From assembly GCA_030265395.1 (NCBI GenBank), contig JARFYF010000061.1:14495032-14559031 (forward strand): 64,000 nt of DNA, in the 5' to 3' direction. The stretch's first letter is position 1, and every line of letters starts with the position of its first letter. Shown piece after piece: positions 26,800 to 41,330 of the stretch. The notes beneath the pieces are model-generated. The model saw only the letters and a program-made list of their open reading frames with translations. It searched no databases and had not been told where the DNA came from. The position numbers and the translations under genes were made by a program. Source of the DNA: Rhina ancylostomus. Taxonomy: Eukaryota.

Positions 26800-27150
26800 T
26801 GACATAGAAATGCTAGATCATCAGAGTCTCTTTCCCAGTTTAGAAATGTCAAATACTAGAGGTCATAGCTTTAAGGTGAGAGGGGGAAAGTTTAAGGGAG
26901 ATGTTCCTGGGCAAGTTTTGTTTTACACAGGGAGTGGTAGGTGCCTGGAACACACTGCCAGGGGAGCTGGTGGAAGCAGACACGATGGTGGCTTTCAAGA
27001 GACTTTTAGCTAGGCACACGAAGATTCAGGGAGTGGAGAGATATGGATCATGTGCAGGCAGATGGGATTCGTTTCATTTGGCTTCACGGTGGGCACAGAT
27101 ATGGTGGGCCGAAGGACCTATTTCTGTGCTGGTTGAATCTATGACTCTGA
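26800..27150 (+). mobile_element. CR1 LINE 3' end
   Basis: SNTRGHSFKVRGGKFKGD; FTQGVVGAWNTLPGELVEA; gggccgaaggacct tail. Confidence 0.88.
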
Positions 27151-27249
27151 CAAAATGTTCCAGTTGTTACATTAACGATAGCATTTACCCAAAGCAGATA
27201 ATACACAAATAGCAATCAAAAAGTCTGGAATGGATAAAACTCAGCTATC

Positions 27250-28720
27250 TCTGCCAGAACGAATCCGCGAAAGGAACAGAGTAATCCTCCGGTTGACAAG
27301 TCCTGAAGCGCTGTCAGTCGCGACACATCACTGGGGCAGGGCGGGCAGCAGCGGACAATTTAATTCCTTCAAGTCAGACAGTTCACCGTCAGGATGAGGG
27401 ACACAGCTTTAGTGACTAAAGTCAACTCCGGGACCTGGTGTGCATTCAGCACTGTGCAGCGGACCCAGTATACACGGTTTTAAGGGGGAAAAATACTTTA
27501 CTGCGCCATAAATGTAGCGCAAATTCAGCAACAAACCAGCACAGTGGAAGATGGGCCAACCCCCTACTGCTACGCTCAGAAGTATTCAATTATCTGAACG
27601 TATAGGCTGAGTTTTAAGTGGGACTGCGTCTACGAAATTTCCACTAGATTATTTATATCCGACAAGAGGGAAATATATGTCTCGCACAGTTTAGAGAAGT
27701 GACTAGAAATCACCAGCCCCCTCCGTGAAACCCGATCGGAAAGGGGTAATTCCATACCCTGAGTTGTGAATTATTAGACATGACCTATAAAGCCGAAATA
27801 AATATCTGCAGTGCCGGCCCTTGCTAGTTTAGGGTCCCTGAAGAGGTGGGGGAGAAGGGAGGTGAAAGTTTACCCCTCATGCCCTCCACTTCACCGTTAA
27901 TTTACAAAACAAACCCTGGGAGAAAGGTGTTTTGTCCTTTTTTTCCGGCGATGGTAATTGTGCAAGACGGCAAAATGTGGGCTCGGTCTCTGTTTACGAG
28001 CTCGATGCGTCATTGCAAGTTGACACTGAAAATGACATTGACACTGAAACTGATACAAGCACCGCCTCCGATGCTGTAAAAAACCAGCACAACCGCATGC
28101 AAACGCAATTTAAATTCGACCGGCACTAGCTGCCTACAGAATGGCTTTGACGTGTGCTAAATAAGTGCAGAAAAAGTACCCAGGTTAAACAATCAGCGAT
28201 CGTTCGATTCCTACAGAGGTGGATTCATTTCTCCCAGTCGTTTGATTACTTTAGTAATTAGAACCCAGCGCTTGTCGTACCGCTGTCAAACGCCAAACAT
28301 GGTAAGCTCTTTCATAACAAACTTGACGGTTTTTAAATATATGACTGAGGAACATGTAGACTTTTGGCTTCCGTGAGCTATATGTCAGATAATACTGTTG
28401 TTGTCAGTTCTGTAGAATTGTTCCTACGTGCTTCATTGTGCCGCCACTGCGCGTAGTTTCTCTTCCGAATTCGGTTATTGTCGTTCGGAAATCAATTAGA
28501 GTTAAGGGTGATGCTACAATTTGTTCACTGTTATCTGGCCTGATGTACAATCAGAATCTCGACAATTTGAAGCGATAATATTGTTCATAAGTCTGACAGA
28601 CTGTTTCATTTTGCAATCTTGATTGGTCTTCTCTTATAAGAGAGAAAATTCTATATCTATTGGAAATTCAAGATGAGAAATTGGTGGCCCCACGCCTGCG
28701 CGAAATCGCCCTGTTACCTT
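27250..28720. promoter_or_regulatory. Second CpG-retaining, repeat-free region (possible distal promoter/enhancer)
   Basis: Many unmutated CpGs at moderate GC. CRE-like TGCGTCA/TGACGTG. Donor-like AACATG|GTAAGC at 28301/28302. Confidence 0.5.
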
Positions 28721-29819
28721 TAAACAGCAGTGAATTTACCTGACCTATAAACATTTACTCAGTTGATGAATTTTACAGTTGCCCGTTTACCATGCAAGAT
28801 AATTAAATGTATATTTTATTTTTTTATTCTCCTTAATTGTGCCCAAGAGCACTAATGTCATAATGCTGAGCCAAACAATTATACGTGATGTTACTTCTCA
28901 GACTGCATTTTACAATTACTGTCTTTAGGAAGAAAATCAGACTTTCTGTTTGCCTTTGTGGTATCCAGAATAGCACTGCATACACGCTTAATATAAATAA
29001 AGTTAGATTACAAGGAACATCTCTTTCATATTATGTTTCCCAATATATCTCTTTCATATTATGTTTTATAATTTCAAATCATATTGAAATATAATCGCAA
29101 TAAATTCGGTAGCACGGAACGTACCTTACAATTAATTAACCTAATTTCTGAAATGGATAAAACAGAGGTATTCTCTTTCAGATGGTAGGGTACTTACAAG
29201 CATTAAAGGTTGCGAATCGACATACATTGTTTTTAAATTAACTCCTTTAGATAGTATTCCGTGATGTCCATTGTCAAATCAAATGCCACAATCTACCNNN
29301 NNNNNNNNNNNNNNNNNNNNNNNNNNNNNNNNNNNNNNNNNNNNNNNNNNNNNNNNNNNNNNNNNNNNNNNNNNNNNNNNNNNNNNNNNNNNNNNNNACC
29401 GCGGGCAACATTACGTGAACCGTGTCAAATTACCATGAGACTTCAAAAACAATACCTATTTAATTCATTGTTTGGTCACTTCATTGTACCCGTAGTTACT
29501 ATGGTAATATGTGTTACTTTCTCCTTTGGGTCGTGTAGTAGGAAATAACACGGGGTACATAATGAAAATAGTTCCAGCTGGATTTTTACGATAACTTTAT
29601 AGAATGTATGAAGAATAAAGCAAACTTTGGTCAGGGTAAGACCGGGTCAGGGCAAAACTAATTTCGCAGTATTGTCATAAAGAGAGGCAGATACACTTCT
29701 AATTGCACAAAAGGGCGTTAAAGGTCATTGTTTATATTAATCACTGCTTAACAGAAACAGTTCAAGGTCCAAGCTGAACACCTCTGTTCCCCATTCGAAC
29801 CTTTAACCTGTAGACTTTC

Positions 29820-30720
29820 TACTGACAGAAGTGCAACGAATGCCCGCAGATGCTCTACCCATTAGACCTTTGCACTCGTCCCCTCGTGTGAGAAAGAAGT
29901 ACGAGGGATGGGTGGTCCCCTTGTTTGGGCTGCGCTGAACTCCAGCTGCAAAGGGTGGGCAAAGTGGGCAGCGGGAGGCTGCCCGGGTTTGAACTTCCCG
30001 CCGAGTGGGCGGGCACGCGGGGCCTGTCGGGTAGCGGTGACGCCGCTCTGTGGGCGGTGGGTGTCGGGCACTGCGCCTTCGCCGGAGCGGTGCTGGTGTC
30101 GACGGGAGCGGCTGGTACCGCCGCACTGGGAACCCTGTTTTTCTTCATGCTGTTGGGACGCCTGGTGAGTTGACGGCGATGGAGGGAGGGGGCAGCGGCG
30201 GTGGCCGGCTGCCATGTGTGCCGCTGAGGCGAGTGAGGAGGGCTCCGCCGGTCTAGGCCGCGCCTTCCTTTGTTTGGCGGCGCCGAGGGTCGGGGGAGCC
30301 ACGCTCTTCCCTCTCCCCGGGGCGGGGGAGAACCGACGTTTCCCCGCCGCTCTGTCTGTTCCCGGTCGGTTCACCAATCCCGGGAATCCGCTCCCCCCGG
30401 GAGGAAAGGAAACCCCGCTTTTTTTTCTTTTGTTTCAGGTGTCTTAAAATTCCCAATCGCCGGAGTGAAGGCGGCGGGTTGATTGACAGCTGCGCGACCA
30501 TTGGGAGGCAGCGCCCGTTCGGTGGGCGGGACTGTCTGGGGCGCGCTGGCCAATCGGCGATCGGGAGAGGCGGGACCTGTGCCTCGTTCGGTCGGTCTGC
30601 TGATGTAGTGCGGTTGATTTGCGCGGGTGCTTCATTTTTTAATGGGGGAGAGTGGGCGCTGCAATGTTAGCGAGTAGAGGCAGTTGGTAGGTATCTACCA
30701 CCCTGTGCTGGTAGTGGCAC
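29820..30720 (+). promoter_or_regulatory. CpG island / probable MAPK6 promoter and non-coding first exon
   Basis: Sharp GC/CpG-rich block in a CpG-depleted background. GGGCGG boxes at ~30007, 30052, 30320, 30524. CCAAT/ATTGG at 30374, 30453, 30500, 30550. Strong donor CTG|GTGAGT at 30164/30165. Confidence 0.8.
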
Positions 30721-32841
30721 AAGCAGACAGCGCAAACATATGCAATACTATTGGTGTGTGGCCGGTCTGTGGTTTTCCTATTGTTCGGGGGCAAGGGCTG
30801 CAGTGAGACAGACTCTCCTTTGAACCATCTTGCTTCATTAGCATTCGTGCCCTTTAAATGGCCGTTTAACTATTTCTTTTAGCAAAAATGTACAGCTATT
30901 TGCCGCTCCGCTAAAATAAAAGTTAATATTTACCAGGAATTAACCACTTTAGATATGCAGCGCAGTTTGGGAACGGCTTTGGTCAGGAATTACTGTAGTT
31001 TTTTTCGCGGCAACAATTGCTGGCGAACACTGGTTTTCTCAATTCTGTAGTTTCTCATTGTTAGAAGATTTCAGATTTAACGCACCCACGCCGGTTTGTA
31101 ATATAAAAGCTCAACTTTCATGTCTCTGGACAGTGAGTAATTTTACCAGGGAGGTGATATCTCAATGATTTGTCTTGCCCACAATCTGCGACGTGGCTCT
31201 ATTTCATGTGACGCGTATGGTTTTTCTCTAGCAAGCTGCGGTTTAGTTTCCTGTCATGCTAATGCCGGGTTTAAATGGCTACTCCTTAATAGGATTCATC
31301 GTGTTACGTGTTTCGAAGTAAGCTATTCATGTTCCCTAATTAATTTGGTCCCTGGAGTTATCAGAAGTGATAAAGTGCTTTTTCACGGAAGTAATTGACT
31401 ACTTGTATTTATCTTTGGATAGAATTCCCCAGACTTTAATTGAGTTTAGATTACATGTGTCTCGATCTTTTAATCAAAATTCAACGGAGAGAGAACTATT
31501 GGGTCATTTGATCAGTTTTCCGCTGGGATTTTTTAGTTGGATGATTATTCTTTATTGAAAATGAAAGCACCTAGTGAGGTAATTGCATGAGTATTTTCCC
31601 CTTTTGAGTTAAAATGTTTGTACGTTAAATATCAAGATTAACAATTTATGAACAAATCTTAGTCAGTATGAGTTACTCGGATATTAAGAGAATGAAAGAA
31701 AGATAGTTTGGAATTCACTGATGAAATATGGACCAAGAGTAAATGCTATTACATGGGTAAGCCTCTGTACATAAACCATGTGACCAGTTGGTTTGTTTAG
31801 AATGTCATTGTTTTACCTTTGAAACTGCTGTATGCAAATCTGGTTCACTTCTGGTGGTGTTTCCTTTTGGCAAGAGTTGTCACAGCAGATGTATTGGGAT
31901 TCACATTGTGTGACTTGGTGTCTGGTATTTTTGGTCAAAAGTTGAATAAATCTCTTTTTTAAATGTGAAGTTTGTAGTTAAGGCAAAAAAAGTGTGTACT
32001 AAAGTTTGAGTTGAGGTGTAGTACAACTGTAGTATCACCAGAGGCTAAAGTTATGATGAATATTGTACTAAATTGTATGTTAGTATTGAACTGTAAGATA
32101 TGTAATCACCAGATGTTATTTTTTTGTTCTCTCTATGACATAAATGAGTACCAGAGGATGGTCTGAAGTGTTTTTTGATAGTTAATTGTAGTATTTACTA
32201 GCAAGGCTTTGAAATTAAAGTTCTACGTTTTGCATATATGCTGCAATTTGAACGTGTGTGTGTATATGTTAATTTAAAATAGGCACTGCATAATATTTAC
32301 AATCAATCTGATTTTCAATTATTAATGTCAGATAAACAAAATACTCCTAGAACAAGGCCAGTTCATGAGGATCTTTTAGCAATGGGATTAAATCTGAAAT
32401 AATATGCTGTTACTATGAGTCCCTGAAATCTGGTTATGTTGTGTGAACGTATTTGCTTCACTATCCAACTCTCTTCAATTATAGGTTAAATTACAGTGTT
32501 TTGTCAGCTTTCTTTAAAAAGTGTTGTTTTCAAAACCCTGAAAGATTTTGTAACTGAACGTTTGTTAACATTTAAGGGCTTGGGTGCAGGTGTTCTTCCC
32601 TTTCAGTGCTTGCATATCTGTTGATAAGAAAATTGAAACAGGAGGCTGATGTCTAAAAGTTGTAATGACTTTTTAATTGAGTAAATATTTTAACCTAGCT
32701 CTGAAACTCTTTAAACTAAGAGTTTTTTGGAGGTACATGTAGGAGATGATCACTTTGGCCCCCTCTGAATAAATTATGACATTCATTCCCATACAATTAA
32801 GATTTTACCAGACCTTTTCCATTTTCTTTGACCTCCCCCTC

Positions 32842-32900
32842 TCACCAACCCTGATTCCTCATCACCAACCCTGATTCCACATCACCAGCCCTCACCAATT
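32842..32900. repeat. Short 20-nt-period tandem repeat
   Basis: TCACCAACCCTGATTCC(T/A)CA x2, plus a partial third copy. Confidence 0.85.
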
Positions 32901-34278
32901 CCCACTCTCAATGCTAGTGTGGAATTTAAACAGCAAGGTTAGATAAATGATAGGTTTCTTACCTGTAATACTGTCCTTTGGTTTAAAGATTACACTCTGT
33001 CTGAGGGCTTGCAGTATTTATTGAAATCTCCCCTCTGTTTAAGACTTTCTCAGACAACTTCTGTATGTTAATCAAAAAGCAGCATTTGGAAAATGAACAT
33101 TTTGGTCATATTACAGTTAATTACATGGATGCTGCCTCTCAGTGGTGATTGGGAATTCTGAGAGGACCATGCTTTTTAATTCAACTCTTCCCACTTGAGT
33201 GTACAACTCCACATACAGAATAGACTTAAAGTTGTATGTCTAAATGACATTTGGATAACAAAAGTGAACCATAAACTTAGAAGGCAAGTTAAGAGTAATT
33301 AAAAGTTTGCGTGCTATTGGAACAAAAATCCATTGTACCTTGTGGCATTTAATAAACCAAAAGTGTGTTGACACCCCTGGATCAATTTAAAATTTATACA
33401 TTAGTATGTAGAAGTTAATTTCACAGATGTGATGTCTTGCCAACTTGATGGATACACTTGTAAGAATAGGGATAATATGAGCTTTATTCAGAATATAATT
33501 TTTGTTTCTAAAAAAGCAAATTTTAGAAATCACTTTTCTAGAAATCTTATGTATAAAGTCACTTCTTGAGCTTAGATGAGTTTGTTTCATTTATTGCAAA
33601 ACTACATTGTTATATAATGTTCCATCTGGATATGTTAGCTTGTTGATTCTATCTAAACCCTAATGTTGAAAGTAAATATGATAATTAGGTGTAGAGAGAG
33701 GTTTTGCTGAATGTACAGGTGCACAAATTGCCTTGGCCTTTAACAAAATGGAATGAGTAGCTAAGATTCCATTGTCAAGTAAGTGTTGTTTGTTCACTTT
33801 CACAGGTAAGCTTTATTAATGTTTTAAGTTACTTTCACTTTATCTTCCTTGTTTCTTTTATTTGCTGCCTTAATCTCAAATTCTCAATCCAATACCTGAA
33901 TGGTTAAATAGAAGTATCTGTGTGCTTTGGTTTGTTCAACAGCACCAACATTCCCAATTATATTGCCACCACTGCTTCATACACAATTTGTAAAGCCAGA
34001 GTATAGGAGAGACAGACCTTGCTCAAGAAAATAGTTGTCTTATTTCTACACAGACACTTTGCAGTCTATGCATAATATCTCCAGAATGCTATGTCATTAA
34101 TTTGAAACTGTCAAGCCTGCAGAATTATTAGCTGCTTTGTTTTTCTTTTTTTCAGAAAAGTGAACACAGTGAAAAGTTGAAAGAAAAATAATCTCTTATT
34201 AAATATATTTATAAATGTTCATTGCAAAAATGTTTAGATCTTTCACTTAACAACACTTTTTTCTGTTTTTGTTCATAG

Positions 34279-35526
<1,248 letters not shown>

Positions 35527-37859
35527 TAAGATAGTGTGTTGTTAGTAGTGCTGGCTGTCCTTTTTTGGATGTTTTGCATATGATGTTTAGTAAGTGCATA
35601 ATATAGCTTAAGGGGATTAAGTGGTGTGTCATTTGTCTTGAGGAGTGCGAATGCTAGCATTTTGTAATTTCTAATGCAGTTTAAGGATCAATTACATAAA
35701 GCACATTTTAGCTTTGCAACAGTCCTAATATCAACATTTATTCCCTGTATTCTTCCAGAATTGGTGCAGCAAAAACATTGTTTTAAAGTAGTGAGGTGCT
35801 GAATGCAGAATAAGTGCCATTAGGGTGGTAGACTAAATAATTGCATTCACAAGTTGTACTCTAATTTTCATTCAGCAATTTGTCCTCTGCATTGGTAATA
35901 GCTGTAATAAAGTCCATTGTTTAAATTACTTTGATTTTAAGAGTGCTAGTAAACACTTTATCTGAGATGAAGAAAATGGCAATTGGGAATGAGATGATTC
36001 TGCTTTTAAATCTCAATTCAGTTGTGAATTCTGCCATGTATTAACTTGATTTAGAAAGATTTCTTCCATTTTTGATTTAAGAATGTTGCCTTTGTCATTC
36101 TTACAATTTTGCATTGTAATTGGAGTGAAATTGAAAATACAAAAAATGTTCCTTTTGTGTAATTTACAAGGCCTAATTAACTGGTTTCACTTTCGCTGTA
36201 AAACCTCTACTCTTCAACCCCCTACTCCACCCCAGAACTTGTCTTGCTATTGACAATTAAGAATGTATTTCTGCTTTTCAACCAAAGTACTCCTATACGC
36301 ATGTAAGTGTAGTTAATGGGAAATTGTATGAATGCTGAGAATCCGGACATGGGTTCACAGACTGAATTTTGGAAGAACACATAGCATGTATTTGCTGCAA
36401 TTAGTTCTTCCACAATTGCCAATCCTAAAATGTTATCCTGCTTTCATTAAAAATTTGGAAAGTGAATAGAGTAAAAAGGTAATTGCATCACACAAACAAG
36501 CATTAGTTTCCTGAAATAATTTAATCTTGATTCCTGCACTGATTTCTTTAATCAATTTTTCCAGAAATGGCAGAGCCAGTCCAATTAATATTTAAACAAA
36601 TTTGGAGTGTTCTTACAAATCAAGTCCAGAGTTTCACAGGTCACGGAACCTCAAAATCTTTCACTTCCCAGCTATAGTTTTGATGTGATAAATATTACCT
36701 AGATATTCGATTTTTTTTTTTGCTGCTGATGTTATTCTAGGATGTAATAATGGATTGCATTTTGGCAGCAGTATTTTATAATAAGGATCATGTAAAATTA
36801 AATGGATGTTGAGTGACTTTGTTGGTATTCCATTTTGTCATCTCTTGGAAAATGTTGACATCTGACCTAAAGTTAGTGTCAGTTCCAAATATGTAGATGC
36901 TTCAGTTGTCATTCCATTTTATCATGAAGCAGAGCATAAACTGGAAATGTAAGCCACCCTGCTCGCAATAAATCTTCAGTCAGACAGTTAGATTTCTTTC
37001 AACTAATAAGGATAGAATTCAGGAAAATCAGTGAAACAGCACAGGAAGAGCTTATTCAATTCATTATATGTGTTTGACTTTTGGATAGAGCTATTCAATT
37101 AGACTCAATTCTCTGACCTTGCCACATTGCCATGTAAAAACATTCCCTTCTCGCATTTATTCAATTGAATGTTACTATGAGAATCTGAATCAACTGACCT
37201 TTTCAAGGAATCCTTTCTAGATTGCAACAACTGCTCCATTTTACATTGAAAAACAATCCTTTGTGTCAACTCTTTTGCCAGTCTCTCATATCTGTGTCTT
37301 CTGGTTACTGACTCTTGTCAAAATTGTTCATGAAATTGAAACGCCTATTGGACTTTTTAACCTTTTCCCTGAGAATCATTGCCACTTTTTCACTCTTTTC
37401 AACATTAAACATCCCTCATTTGTGTAACCAGTTCCAGTAAATTTGTGTTGCATCTTCTTGATATCTTGACTTTTGAAAACCTTGACTACTTGCCTACAGT
37501 GTTGCCCAGAATTGAACCCAGTAATCTCAACTGACAACTCATTAATGAAATTCTCCTTATTTTTCTGCTTATTCCTTTACTTCTGTTTGTAGTGGTCTTC
37601 TCCATTTTAATAATTTTTATAAACAGACCTCCAGGTATGTGTTCTTATACCGTCTTTAAAATGGTACCATTTAGTTCATGTTGTCTCTCATTCATCTAAT
37701 GAGAAAGAATCACTTCACTGGTAAATCTCCTGTCTTTTCGTTTTGCCAAATTCTTTTAGACTGTTATCTTTCTGATTGTTTATTATATTTAGTTTTCTTG
37801 TCACCTTTGCACTTTGAAATTGCACCCTGTGCTCAATCAAATTGGAGCTATTAATACAT

Positions 37860-40820
37860 TGGTGGTTGGGAAAACTCTGGTCCTGATTTAAACTAGAGTT
37901 GTGGGGGGGAAGAAAACAAGAGCAGGACAGTAAGTGGAGAGGCTGTGGGGAAAGTAGATGTTAAGACTACAAACAAAGATGGAAACTGAAAGGTTGAGCA
38001 TGGTGAGACTAATGTTTTGAGTTGCGTCTATTTCAATGCAAGGAGTATTGTAGGTAAAGCAGATAATCCTAGATCATGCATCTGTACGTGGAATTACAAT
38101 GTTGTCGCCATTAGTGAGACCAAGTTGCAGGAAGGGCAGGGCTACCAGCTCAATGTTCTGGGGTTCTGTTGTTTTAGACATGATAGAGGGGGAGGGGTGG
38201 CATTACTCATCAGGGAAAATGTCACGGCAGTGCTCAGAAAGCACATACTGGAAGACTTGACTACTGAGGCAATTTGGGTGCAGCTAAGGAAGGATGACCA
38301 CGTTAATGGGATTGTATTATAGACCTCCCAATAGTCAGCAGAATTTAGAGGAACAAATTTGTAGACAGCAGATGGTAGTAGGAAATATAAAGTTGTGATA
38401 GTAGGTGATTTTAACTTTCCACATATTGATTGGGACTCCCATACTGTAAAAGAACTGGATGGGCTAGAGTTTGTCAAATGTGTTCAGGAAAGTTTCCTTA
38501 ATATGTAGAGGTCCCAAATAGAGGGAGCATGATACTGGATCTCCTCTTGGGGAATGAGACAGGGCAGGTGATGGAAGTGAGTGTAGGGGGAAACCCACTG
38601 GATCTAGTGATCATAATTTCATTAGTTTCAAGATAATTATGGAGAAGGATAGGACTGGTCCTAGGGTTAAGATTCTAAACTGGAATAAGACCAATTTTGA
38701 GGGAATCAGAAGGGATCTGGCAGGCAGGTATTGGAATAGGTTGTTTTCTGGCAAAGAGATACTTGGTAAGTGGGAGATCTTCAAAAGTGAAATATTGAGA
38801 GTACAGAATCTGTTTGTTTCCTGTTGGAATAAAAGGTAAAGCTAACAGGTTTAGGGAACCATAGTTATCAAGGGATATTGATGCCCTGGTAAAGAAAAAG
38901 GAGGCACATATCAGGTATAGGCAGTTAAGATCAAATGAGGTGCTTGAGGAGTTTAAGAAATCCAAAAGAACACTTAAAGAGAGAAATCAGGAGGGCTAAA
39001 CAGGGACATGAGGCTGCTCTGGCAGACAAGGTAAAAGAGAATCCCTAAGGTTTCTGTAGCTATATCAAGAGCAAAAGGATGGTAAGGGACAAAATTGGTC
39101 CTCTTGAAGTGGTCATCAATGTGTGGAGCCAAAAGATTTCCCTCATCTCTTAAATGAATTTTTTGCGTCTATTTACTCGAGAGATAGTCACAGAGTCTAT
39201 AGAACTGAGGAAAAAGAGTAGTGAGGTCATGGACTGTATCTGGATTACAGAAGGGGAGGTGCTTGCTGCCTTGAGGCGAATTAGGATGGATATATCCCTA
39301 GGGTCTGACAAGGTGTCCCCTCAGACCTTGTGGGAGGCTAGTGCAGAAATTGCAAGAGCCCTGGCAGAGATATTTAGAATGTCCTTAGCCACAGGTGAGG
39401 TGCCCAAAGACTGGAGGATAGCTAATGTTGTTCCATTGTTTAAGAAAGGCTCTAAGAATAGGCTGGGAAATTATAGGCCGATGAACCTGACACCAGTCAT
39501 GGGTAAATTATTGGAAGGTATTCTGAAGGACAGGGTATATAAGTATTTGGATGAACAGGGCCTTGGGAATAGTCAATATATTTTTGTATATGGCAGGTCA
39601 CAGCTAACCAATCTTATAGTGTTTTTCGAGGAGGTTACTGGGAAGGTGGTGGACATTGTCAGAGGCCTTGCTGAAGTCCACGTAGACAAAGGCCTGCATG
39701 GGAAGCTGCCCAGGAGATTAAGTAGCTTGGCATTCAGAATGAAGTAGTCAATTGGATTCAGTGTTGGCTTAGTGGTAGAAGCCAGAGAGTAGTAGTAGTT
39801 GGTTGTCTCTCTGATTGGAGGCCTGTGACTAGTGGTGTGCCACAAGGATTGGTGCTGGCCCAGTTGTTATATATCATCTATATTAATAATTTAGATAATG
39901 TGATAAACTGGATCAGCAAATTTATGGATGACAGCAAGATAGGGGGCATAGTAGACAGTGAGGAAGGCTATCAAAGTTTGCAAAGTGATCTGGACCAGCT
40001 TGGAAAATGGGCTGAAAAATGGCAGGTGGAATTTAATGCAGACAAGTGATGTCTTTGGGAGGACAAACCAGGGTAAGACTTGCACAGTGAATGGTAGGGC
40101 ACTGAGATGTGCAGTAGAACAAAGGGACCTGGGAATACCGATCCATAATTCCTTGAAACTGGCATCACAAGTAGATTGGGTCTTAAAGAGAGCTTTTGGC
40201 ACATATGTCTTCATAAATCAGGGCACTGTGTACAGGAGTTGGGATGTTATGTTGAAATTGTATAAGACGTTGGTGAGGGTAAACTTAGAGTATTGTGTGC
40301 AGTTCTGGTCATATACCTACAGAAAAGATATCAATAAGCTTTAAAGAGTGCAGAGAAAATTTGCACAGATTTTGCCGGGCCTTGAGGACTTGAGTTATAG
40401 GGAAAGGTTGAATAGGTCAGGACTTTATTCCCTGGAGTATAGGAGAATGAGGGGAGATCTTGTAGAGGTATACAAAATTGAGGGGTAGAGATAGGGTGAA
40501 TGCATGTAGGCTTTTTCCTCTCAGGCTGGGTGAGACTATAACTAGAAGTCATAGGTTTAGGGTAAAAGGTGAAACATTTAAGGGGAATCTGAGGAGGAAC
40601 TTCACTCAGAGGGTGTGAGTGTGGAATGAGCTGCCAGCAGAGGTGATAGATGCAGGTTCAATTGTAACATTTAAGAGAAATTTGGATAGGTACATGGATG
40701 GGAGAGGTACGGAGGGCTATGGTGTGGGTGCAGGTAGATGGAGCCAGGCAGAAAACCAGGTTGGTATGGACTAGATGGGCTGAAAGGGCTGTTTCTGTGC
40801 TGTCATACTCTGTCTATAAC
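37860..40820 (+). mobile_element. CR1-clade LINE (HER1-like), near-complete but disrupted ORF2 (APE endonuclease + RT), intronic
   Basis: ORF fragments: YFNARSI...VVAISET (APE), GDFNFPHIDW, GEVPKDWRIANVVPLFKKG...GNYRPMNLT, TSGVPQGLVL...KFMDDSKIGG (RT), LYKTLVR..LEYCVQFW. CR1 3' tail gggctgaa..gctgtttctgtgctg. Many stops and frameshifts. Confidence 0.93.
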
Positions 40821-41019
40821 AACCTCTATGGAACACTACTAAATATATCCTTCTAGTCTAAAAATTAACTGTTCATCACTGTTTTCTACTTTGTCATACA
40901 GCTAATTGTGTATGTACAATGCCACTGTTCCTTTTAATATTATGGGTTTTAATTTTGCTAATTGGCTGGTATGTATTTAGTTTCCTTTAATAATTGACTT
41001 TCAGAAGTCCCCAATCACA

Positions 41020-41330
41020 ACATTAATTGTTCTGCCTGCAAACTGGCCTTTGCAGTTTAAAGAACTTGATCAAGCTAGTCAAACATAAATGCCTTTTAAT
41101 AAATTCTTCCTCACTGCCATTTGGAGAACTAAGAATTAATAATCCAATTTGTCCCAGACCCTTCTGTATAAGTTTTCTCTTCATTGACATTAGAGTGATT
41201 GACCTAATTGTCAGGTTTGTGTCTCTCAATGAAAATGTAACACAGGCAATCTTCCACTTCTCTGGTGTGAAATCCACCTCCAAGGAGATTGGAAGATTGT
41301 TCAGAGACTCCACAATTTCCACTGCCCTTT
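41020..41330 (-). mobile_element. Highly decayed CR1 RT fragment
   Basis: Minus-strand ORF FTPEKWKIACVTF...RHLCLTSLIKFF resembles the CR1 RT N-terminal motifs. Confidence 0.6.

Noticed and set aside
1-27000. Possible exons of a neighbouring gene (LEO1 lies upstream of MAPK6 in human, by recall)
   Set aside because: No recognisable coding exon was found. The ORFs are TE-derived or random, although short exons or exons in gaps could be missed.
28020-28049. TTGACACTGAAA x2 and other short repeats as CRISPR-like or prokaryotic features
   Set aside because: Only two copies, no spacer array, and the context is clearly a spliced vertebrate locus.
29803-30670. Cluster of overlapping ORFs (up to 171 aa) on both strands
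   Set aside because: Expected from stop-codon scarcity in a GC-rich CpG island. The peptides are low-complexity A/P/R/G-rich with no recognisable domain.
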